DNA of 64,000 nucleotides from Rickettsiales bacterium (GTDB lineage Bacteria; Pseudomonadota; Alphaproteobacteria; Rickettsiales; UBA1997): NCBI GenBank assembly GCA_947442475.1, contig CANEVP010000003.1, positions 17,204 to 81,203 of the forward strand, read 5' to 3'. Shown piece by piece: positions 57,567 to 64,000 of this stretch (position 1 is its first letter; each line of letters starts with the position of its first letter). The notes under the pieces were generated by a model. It saw only the letters and a program-made list of their open reading frames with translations, ran no database searches and was not told where the DNA came from. The position numbers and the translations under genes were made by a program.

Positions 57567-58574
57567 ATGAAAATCTCTCGCTTCATGTCTGAGGTCTTAT
57601 TTAATCAGGCTTCCGGCTATTACCGCACCAAAAATCCTATCGGAAAAAACTCTGACTTTATCACGGCCCCTGAAATTTCTCAGACTTTTGGCGAACTTCT
57701 CGCGGTCTATTTCTTACAAATTGCTTCTACCAAAAAATCCAAAATCGCTTTCGTTGAAATGGGCGCTGGAAAAGGCACTTTGTTTTTTGACATCCTAAAT
57801 TCGATCAAAAAGCTCGCCGCAAAAAACATCCCCGAAGCTCTTGATTTTCTTGAGCGCATCACTTTTCACATTGTCGAAATTGGCGAAGTTTTGCGTGAAG
57901 TGCAGCAAAAAAATCTCGCAGAATTTCCGGTTACGTGGCATGAAAATTTTGAAAATTTTTTAGCGCAAAATCAAAGCCAAGAAATTTTTTTTCTAAGCAA
58001 CGAGCTTTTTGACTGCTTTCCCATCGATCAATTTGTGCTGACAGAAATTGGCTGGCGCGAGAGAATTTTTAGCGGCAAAGATTTTGCGCTCGCGCCTTTT
58101 AACAAAGAAATTCATAATTTTGTTGAAAAAGAAATTGCTGCTCTCGCCCCAATCGGCGCGGTTTTTGAGCATAGTGCGGCGGCTAGAAATTTTATGGCTC
58201 AGCTTTGTAAGGCCTTAAAGAAACAAGGAGGCATCGCCATTAACATCGATTACGGCTACATCAAAAACGAATTTGCCAACACGCTGCAGGCGCTAAAAAA
58301 TCACCAGAAATGCAGCCCGCTAGAAAATGTCGGCGAGGCTGATATAACGGCTCTGGTTGATTTTGCGGCGCTGGAGCAAATCACTAAAAATCACGGTTTA
58401 AATTCTTCTCTAATCACGCAGGCGCAATTTTTACAGGGCCTTGGCATCGAAGAGCGCCGCAAACAATTGCTGATAAAAAATCCTGAAAAAAGCTCGGAAA
58501 TCAATTCCGCTATTGACCGTTTGATTGGCGCAGATCAAATGGGCGACCTCTTCAAATGCCTCATCATCTGGTAA
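57567..58574 (+). CDS. SAM-dependent methyltransferase, MidA/NDUFAF7 (DUF185) family
   Basis: 335 aa. It has [27 protein letters not shown] and IDYGY. Confidence 0.75.
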   Translation: MKISRFMSEVLFNQASGYYRTKNPIGKNSDFITAPEISQTFGELLAVYFLQIASTKKSKIAFVEMGAGKGTLFFDILNSIKKLAAKNIPEALDFLERITFHIVEIGEVLREVQQKNLAEFPVTWHENFENFLAQNQSQEIFFLSNELFDCFPIDQFVLTEIGWRERIFSGKDFALAPFNKEIHNFVEKEIAALAPIGAVFEHSAAARNFMAQLCKALKKQGGIAINIDYGYIKNEFANTLQALKNHQKCSPLENVGEADITALVDFAALEQITKNHGLNSSLITQAQFLQGLGIEERRKQLLIKNPEKSSEINSAIDRLIGADQMGDLFKCLIIW

Positions 58575-58578
58575 AATA

Positions 58579-59574
58579 ATGAAAGAAATTAACGAAATAC
58601 AAACTAGCGAGACTCTTGCTGTTTCTTACGATTTTGGTGAACGTCACGATTTTCAAATCGAAGAAATCTTGGCGCTTTTTGCTTTGCCTTTTGGCGATTT
58701 GATTTTCAAAGCCGCCGAAATTCACCGCAAATTTCACGATCCAAACAAAGTTCAAATTAGCACTTTGCTTAGCATTAAAACCGGCTCTTGCCCGGAAAAT
58801 TGCAAATATTGTCCGCAATCAGCGCACTACAATACGGGCCTTGAAAAAGAATCTTTGATGGAAATGTCAAAAATTTTAGAAGCGGCAAATACGGCGAAAG
58901 ACGCGGGCGCTTCAAGGTTTTGCATGGGCGCGGCTTGGAGAAATTTGCATGATCGCGACGTTGAAAAAATTTGCGCCATTGTTGACGAAGTTAAAAAAAC
59001 CGGTCTGGAAACTTGTATGACGCTGGGCATGTTAACCGATGCGCAAAGCAAGAAACTAAAGGAAGCGGGCCTTGATTACTACAATCACAACATCGACACC
59101 TCGCCAGAATTTTATTCAGAAATTATCACCACCAGAACTTTTGAAGATCGCCTAAACACCATTAAAAATGTCCGTGACGCTGGCTTAAATGTTTGCGCTG
59201 GCGGCATTGTTGGCATGGGAGAAAAGTTGGAAGATCGTGCTAAAATGTTAATTATTTTGGCAAATTTGCCGCAGCATCCGCAGTCTGTGCCAATCAACAT
59301 GTTGGTAAAAGTTGCTGGCACGCCAATGGATAAAATCGAAGAGCTCGATCAATTCGAATTCATTCGCACCATTGCAGTTGCCAGAATCATGATGCCGAAG
59401 TCTGTGGTGCGTTTGTCGGCGGGTCGTGAAAACATGAATGAACAAACTCAGGCTTTGTGTTTCTTGGCGGGAGCCAACTCAATTTTCTACGGCGAAAAAT
59501 TGCTAACCACCTCAAACCCAGAAATGGAAAGGGATAAAAAATTATTTGAAAAATTGGGGATTGTGGGGAGATAG
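58579..59574 (+). CDS. bioB: Biotin synthase
   Basis: It has the radical-SAM motif [11 protein letters not shown] and YNHNIDTS. The ATG at 58579 lies just after the upstream stop, so the longer track ORF starting at 58525 is unlikely. Confidence 0.95.
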   Translation: MKEINEIQTSETLAVSYDFGERHDFQIEEILALFALPFGDLIFKAAEIHRKFHDPNKVQISTLLSIKTGSCPENCKYCPQSAHYNTGLEKESLMEMSKILEAANTAKDAGASRFCMGAAWRNLHDRDVEKICAIVDEVKKTGLETCMTLGMLTDAQSKKLKEAGLDYYNHNIDTSPEFYSEIITTRTFEDRLNTIKNVRDAGLNVCAGGIVGMGEKLEDRAKMLIILANLPQHPQSVPINMLVKVAGTPMDKIEELDQFEFIRTIAVARIMMPKSVVRLSAGRENMNEQTQALCFLAGANSIFYGEKLLTTSNPEMERDKKLFEKLGIVGR

Positions 59575-59657
59575 TTTTTTCTTTAAAAATGATCGGCAAA
59601 ACCTAAGTTGACAGAAGAAGAAAATTTTAAAAAAACGCCAAGAAACAAACTGCAAAA

Positions 59658-60176
59658 ATGACAAAAAATTTAAAACAAGATAAAGACAAGGTATCCTATT
59701 TTCGTCTAAGAAACGCTACTCTGGCAGTGTTTATTGGATTTTTAATCAAAGCGATTTACGACATGCTTTGGGCAAAAGATTTGGTTTTGAATCTGTCAAA
59801 AGCGACGGCCTTGATTTCAAATGAAAATATTGTGGATGCGATTTCGTTTGCCAATCAGGTTGGTAGGCTTGATTTGGTTTCTTTGCTGTTGGCGCTTTTG
59901 GGAATAATTTTGGGGTTTGGTGCGATTGCAGGTTTTATGCACATTAAAGAAACTTCTGAAGCGATAGCGGAAAGAGAGGCCAAGAAATGGTTAAGCAAAA
60001 AAGAAGTTAAAGCTATTTTTCATGAATGGATAACTGACAACAAAGAAGATTTTGAACGTATGATAAAGTCTGTTGTTCAAGATAAAATTGAGGAAATGGG
60101 TGAAAAAAATTCCCCGAGTACTGATCCAACAACCAACGATAGAGAACTGGCGGAAATGCCGCAAAAGGAGGACTAA
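59658..60176 (+). CDS. Hypothetical membrane protein (2 TM segments plus a charged cytoplasmic tail)
   Basis: 172 aa. The TM segments are ATLAVFIGFLIKAIYDMLW and LVSLLLALLGIILGFGAIAGFM. Its stop overlaps the start of the ImmA/IrrE gene (ATGA). Confidence 0.55.
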   Translation: MTKNLKQDKDKVSYFRLRNATLAVFIGFLIKAIYDMLWAKDLVLNLSKATALISNENIVDAISFANQVGRLDLVSLLLALLGIILGFGAIAGFMHIKETSEAIAEREAKKWLSKKEVKAIFHEWITDNKEDFERMIKSVVQDKIEEMGEKNSPSTDPTTNDRELAEMPQKED

Positions 60177-60724
60177 TGAAAAAAGAGCAAAAAAATAAAC
60201 TGGAATATTCTTTAGATGACTTGTTGACAAGCATCCCAATAAATATCGAAGCGCTAATCCGTGCTCATGGTCTAGAGCTTAACAAAAATGCTGATTTAGA
60301 AGACGGTGTTCTTGGGGAGTTGAGATATGAAAATGGTAACTTCAAAGTTTCGGTCAAAAAGACCGATCACTATTATAGAAAGCGCTTCACCATGGCGCAC
60401 GAACTTGCTCATTTTGTTCTACACAAAGATATAATCTCTGGCGATGTAATCAGAGATTACGATCCGGAGGTAAGCAATAATGGCAGTTATATAAATAGAG
60501 AGGTTGGGGTTTCTAATGAACAAGAGTTCGAGGCGAATTTGTATGCCGCAAAACTTCTGATGCCAGAGGATCTTGTGGTGGATTATGCAAAAGAAAGAGG
60601 TGTTTTTGTTGATGGTAACATTGATGAAGAGGCTCTAAAAGAAATTGCAATGGCTTTCCAAGTTTCCAAAGATGCAATGAGAATAAGAATAAGCGGCCTA
60701 AGACAAAAAATTCAAACCAACTAA
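60176..60724 (+). CDS. ImmA/IrrE-family zinc metallopeptidase
   Basis: 182 aa. It has HELAHFVLH followed by EQEFEANLYAAKLLMPEDLV, the HExxH...E-x-x-AN-x-x-A-x-x-LLMP signature. Confidence 0.85.
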   Translation: MKKEQKNKLEYSLDDLLTSIPINIEALIRAHGLELNKNADLEDGVLGELRYENGNFKVSVKKTDHYYRKRFTMAHELAHFVLHKDIISGDVIRDYDPEVSNNGSYINREVGVSNEQEFEANLYAAKLLMPEDLVVDYAKERGVFVDGNIDEEALKEIAMAFQVSKDAMRIRISGLRQKIQTN

Positions 60725-60736
60725 AACGGAGCAATC

Positions 60737-61201
60737 ATGTCAAACATCGAAGCAAAATTAACTTCACTTGGAATCACTCTGCCAACCCCGGCAGCGCCAG
60801 TTGCCAACTATGTCGGATTTGTAAAATCGGGCAATCAAGTTTTTATTTCAGGGCAGTTGCCTTTTGAAGCGGGCAAGTTGCAATTTGTGGGAAAAGTTGG
60901 TGCGGAAATTTCTCCGGAAGATGCCAAAAAAGCGGCTCGTCTTTGTGCGATTGGAATTTTGGCGCAATTAAAAGTTGCCTGCGAAGGTGATTTGGAGCTC
61001 GTGGTAAAATGCGTGAAGTTGGGAATTTTTGTTAATGGTGTTGCTGATTTCAAAGATCATCCCATGGTTGCCAATGGCGCTTCAGATTTGATGGTTGAAG
61101 TTTTGGGTGATGCTGGAAAGCACGCGCGCGCCGCGGTTGGATCGGGTTCTTTGCCTTTTGGCGTTTCGGTGGAAGTTGATGCGATTTTTGAGATTAAATA
61201 G
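60737..61201 (+). CDS. RidA/YjgF-family protein
   Basis: 154 aa. It has GNQVFISGQLP and C-terminal AR..VG...LP.GV.VEV.AIFE. Confidence 0.85.
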   Translation: MSNIEAKLTSLGITLPTPAAPVANYVGFVKSGNQVFISGQLPFEAGKLQFVGKVGAEISPEDAKKAARLCAIGILAQLKVACEGDLELVVKCVKLGIFVNGVADFKDHPMVANGASDLMVEVLGDAGKHARAAVGSGSLPFGVSVEVDAIFEIK

Positions 61202-61219
61202 GTTTTAAAATATGAAAAA

Positions 61220-61256
61220 GGCGGCAGCTTTCTTCGCAAAGTTGCCGCCTTTTTTT
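61220..61256 (+). terminator. Rho-independent terminator after the RidA-family gene
   Basis: GGCGGCA..loop..TGCCGCC is followed by TTTTTTT. Confidence 0.7.
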
Positions 61257-61293
61257 GCGCCCAAACTTCTCTCAACCAAAATTAATTTTAAAA

Positions 61294-61722
61294 ATGAGCA
61301 ATAAATTACAGCCCTTTCATTTGGCGATGCCTGTTAATGATTTAGCAAAAACTAGGCAATTTTACGGTGAGTTTTTGGGCTTTGCAGAAGGTCGCTCTAA
61401 CGACCATTGGATTGATTGGAATTTTTTTGGTCACCAATTTGTCACTCATTTACATCCGCAAAAAACTGAAACAATTACCAACGCCGTTGACGGTCACGGC
61501 GTGCCGGTGCCGCATTTTGGCGTGGTGTTGGAATGGCAACAATGGCATGATTTTGCCGACCGCCTCAAAGCTCACAATGTAAAATTTATGATTGAACCCT
61601 ACATCCGTTTCAGAGGAAAAATTGGTGAGCAGGCGACAATGTTTTTTTGTGATCCAAGTGGCAATGCGCTAGAGTTTAAAGCTTTTTTCGACATCTCGCA
61701 ACTTTTTGCTAAATATGAGTAA
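61294..61722 (+). CDS. VOC (glyoxalase/dioxygenase-fold) family protein
   Basis: It has [24 protein letters not shown] prefer the ATG at 61294 because the track start at 61255 lies inside the upstream terminator. Confidence 0.75.
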   Translation: MSNKLQPFHLAMPVNDLAKTRQFYGEFLGFAEGRSNDHWIDWNFFGHQFVTHLHPQKTETITNAVDGHGVPVPHFGVVLEWQQWHDFADRLKAHNVKFMIEPYIRFRGKIGEQATMFFCDPSGNALEFKAFFDISQLFAKYE

Positions 61723-62624
61723 GCTAACTTTTGAAGATGTTTTTGAAGCTCGCGAACGCATCAAAAAATACATTGTAAATACAGCAATAATTTCGAATGA
61801 AAAATTAAATCAAGAGCTTGGTGCGCAGGTTTTTTTTAAAATGGAAAATCAGCAGGTGACCAAGTCTTTTAAGGCTCGCGGGGCGCTTAATGCGATTTTA
61901 ACTTACAAAGAAAAACACGGAAATTTTCCCGAAAAAATTGTTGTGCAAAGTTCGGGAAATCACGCGCAGCCAATTGCTTTTGCTTGTAAGCAGTTTGGAA
62001 TTAAAGCTTTGATTTACATGATTTCTTAAGGCGGCGCGCGATTTAGGTGCAGAAGTTGTGCTGCTAGAAAAAAGGTCGGATGTAAATAAAATGGCCGAAG
62101 AAAAACAAAAAGAAGGCTACTTTTTTATTCACCCCTCAGCTGACGCAGATGTGATTTGCGGCCAAGGCACAGCAACTCTTGAGGCGCTTTTGAAAATTGG
62201 TGAAGTTGATGCAATTTTTGCGCCTTGTGGCGGCGGAGGATTAGTTTCGGGATGCTTTTTAGCAGCGCAAAAATTGTCGCCAAATGCTTTAACTTTTGCC
62301 TGTGAACCCTTGAGCGCCAACGACGTAGCAAATTCTCTGCGCGCTGGAAAAATTGTCGGTTTTGACGACACGCCAAATACTATTGCTGATGGCGCCAGAA
62401 CCTTAAAGACCTCAGAAATCTGTTTTGCTTACATTAAACAAATGGTGGGAGTGCTAGAAATCTCTGAAGAAGAAATTGCGCAGTGGCAAAAAAAACTCTC
62501 AGAAATTTTAGAGCAAAAAATTGAGCCAACTTCTGCTTTGGCAATTGCGGGTGCGGCGCAAATTTTAAAAAGTAGAAAAGCTGCGAAAATTTTGGTGGTA
62601 ATTTCGGGTGGAAATATTGAGTAG
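61715..62624 (+). pseudogene. PLP-dependent serine/threonine dehydratase-family gene, frameshifted with a small deletion
   Basis: The N-terminal part has the PLP lysine context TKSFKARGA and SSGNHAQ, and ends ALIYMIS-TAA at 62027-62029. The continuation KAARDLGAEVVLLEK.. is in the +1 frame from 62022. The segment between M-P and GAEVV is about 7 aa shorter than in homologues such as TdcB. Confidence 0.8.
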
Positions 62625-62650
62625 GTGAATTTTGAGCACAGTGCTCAAAA

Positions 62651-63346
62651 TTAACTTTTAGCCAGTGTTTCCAGGGGTTTAGATTTAAAATCCAACGCAA
62701 CCAGATAAGTTTCTGACGAGCCTTTTCTCGAAGATTCTGGTTTGAAATAACGCACGATTGAAAAGTTTTTTCTAAGCTTTTTTAAGATTTCATCCGAGCT
62801 GCCGCCTTGAAAAATTTTACCAACGAAGCATCCGCCGTCGCTTAAAATTTTTCCGGCTAAGTCCAAAGCTTCTTCAAGCAAACCAATGATTCGCATGTGG
62901 TCGGTTGTATTGTCGCCCGTGGTGTTTGCGGCCATGTCGCTTAAAACCGCGTCGCACCTGCCGCTTTTATTGTGGGGAATTTCTTTGAGGCGCGAAATAA
63001 TTTTTTCGGGCGCTTCGGCTTCCAAAAAATCTTGCTGAAAAAAATTCACTCCAACTAGCGAATCAATTTCAAGCAAATCAATTGCCACCACATTGCCTTC
63101 GCCAACTTTAGTTACAGCGTATTGCGACCAGCCGCCGGGAGCTGCGCCCAAATCGACAACGATTTTTCCTTTTTTGAAAATTTTAAATTTTTCATCGACT
63201 TCAATAATTTTAAAAGCAGCGCGCGACCGCCAACCTTCAAGCTTGGCGCGCTCAACAAAAGGATCGTTAATCTGGCGCAGAATCCATTTCTGTGACGATT
63301 TTTTTAGGCGTTTGGCTTTTTTTAATCTTTGAGCAACTTGAGGCAT
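62651..63346 (-). CDS. rlmE: 23S rRNA U2552 2'-O-methyltransferase RlmE (FtsJ)
   Basis: 231 aa. It has RSRAAFKIIEVDEKF and DLGAAPGGWSQ. Confidence 0.93.
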   Translation of the reverse strand: MPQVAQRLKKAKRLKKSSQKWILRQINDPFVERAKLEGWRSRAAFKIIEVDEKFKIFKKGKIVVDLGAAPGGWSQYAVTKVGEGNVVAIDLLEIDSLVGVNFFQQDFLEAEAPEKIISRLKEIPHNKSGRCDAVLSDMAANTTGDNTTDHMRIIGLLEEALDLAGKILSDGGCFVGKIFQGGSSDEILKKLRKNFSIVRYFKPESSRKGSSETYLVALDFKSKPLETLAKS

Positions 63347-63370
63347 TTAATACCAAATCTAAAATTTATT

Positions 63371-63469
63371 AATACCAAATTGATTTGGTATTAGGGGTTC
63401 CCCGCAAAGCGGGGCGTGGCTTATGCCACGTTAAAATGAATTGGATTAAATCTTAGATTTAATCCAATT
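63371..63469. repeat. Cluster of four consecutive perfect hairpins
   Basis: AATACCAAAT-TG-ATTTGGTATT lies at 63371-63392, CCCCGC-AAA-GCGGGG at 63400-63414, and CGTGGC-TTAT-GCCACG at 63415-63430. A 31-bp palindrome AATTGGATTAAATCT-T-AGATTTAATCCAATT lies at 63439-63469. Confidence 0.75.
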
Positions 63470-63635
63470 TTCTGGCTTCATCAACCAGCATCACGGGAAT
63501 TCCGTCTTTTACTTGGTAGGCCAATTTTGATTCGTGGCAAATTAGCTCACTATTTTTTTCGTCGTAAATTACTTCGCCCTTACATAAAGGGCAGACAAGG
63601 ATTTTCAGCAGTTTGGGCGAGATTTTTTTTGGCAT
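63459..63635 (-). CDS. Trm112-family small zinc-ribbon protein
   Basis: [59 protein letters not shown] prefer the internal ATG at 63635 because the longer track ORF would overlap the purK start. Confidence 0.8.
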   Translation of the reverse strand: MPKKISPKLLKILVCPLCKGEVIYDEKNSELICHESKLAYQVKDGIPVMLVDEARKLD

Positions 63636-63708
63636 TAATTTCTTGAAAAAATTTCGAGGAAAAATACTTTGCCCCGCTTCATTTTTTAAATCAAACGCTG
63701 GTGCAACA

Positions 63709-64000
63709 TTGGTAAAGAAAATCTCAACAATTGGCATAATCGGTGGCGGACAATTGGGTCGAATGATCTGCTTTTCTGCTCACAAAATGGGCTTTCGCAC
63801 CGTGGTATTTACTGACCAAGAAAATTCACCGGCAAGTTTTGTAACCAGCAGCGTGATTGTTGGTGATTACCAAGACCAAGCGGCGCTAAAAAAATTCGCC
63901 AGTTTGGTTGATGTGGCCACTTTTGAATTTGAGAATATTCCAGTTGCAGGCGTTAGCTTCTTGGCTTCAGAGGTGGATGTTTTTCCAAATCCCCAAGTTT
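63709..64000 (+). CDS. purK: N5-carboxyaminoimidazole ribonucleotide synthase PurK, N-terminal part (runs off the window)
   Basis: It reads (TTG)[43 protein letters not shown], with the ATP-grasp N-domain motif GGGQLGRM. The start codon is uncertain. Confidence 0.8.
   Translation, partial: MVKKISTIGIIGGGQLGRMICFSAHKMGFRTVVFTDQENSPASFVTSSVIVGDYQDQAALKKFASLVDVATFEFENIPVAGVSFLASEVDVFPNPQV

Noticed and set aside
63636-63737. N-terminal 34-residue extension of the Trm112-like ORF
   Set aside because: It would overlap the divergent purK start region, and the conserved Trm112 domain begins right after the internal Met at 63635.

Overview
This is a low-GC bacterial chromosome segment. Fused ispDF, an origin-like region next to hemE with a CtrA-type TTAA-N7-TTAAC box, a DUF2628-hisH remnant and a solitary nuoF suggest an alphaproteobacterium with a partly reduced, possibly host-associated genome; this is inference only. 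(1) nt 1-21.2 kb is a defence island. It holds the 3' part of cas3, a solitary MazF/PemK-like gene with its own terminator inserted at the cas3-csy1 junction, csy1-csy4 (type I-F), a leader, and a type I-F CRISPR array of 89 repeats and 88 spacers (6151-11462) in which I saw no variant repeat. It continues with a signal-peptide LigE-type DNA ligase and hipBA with two palindromic operators. After guaB and a Fur-family gene comes a type III mod-res pair translationally coupled to an uncharacterised HExxH protein. (2) nt 24351-32713 is an 8.3-kb integrative element in tRNA-Thr(UGU), bounded by an exact 49-bp direct repeat. It carries a tyrosine integrase, a coupled 496-aa unknown ORF, an AlpA-like gene, a winged-helix gene, a RepA-like ATPase, iteron-like repeats, a class II Fic protein and XRE genes. 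(3) nt 32.8-64 kb is mostly housekeeping: lpdA, prfB with its programmed +1 frameshift, nrdR, tsaE, xth, nadC, nuoF, ispDF, hemE, clpXP, grpE, rpmI-rplT, hisH, bioB, rlmE and purK. This part also contains two pseudogenes (an ABC exporter with an in-frame TAA and a frameshifted PLP dehydratase), a candidate oriC between hemE and bolA, a nested GC-rich inverted-repeat element, an orphan secretin cluster, and a membrane-protein/ImmA-IrrE peptidase pair. All product calls come from reading motifs by eye; no database search was run.
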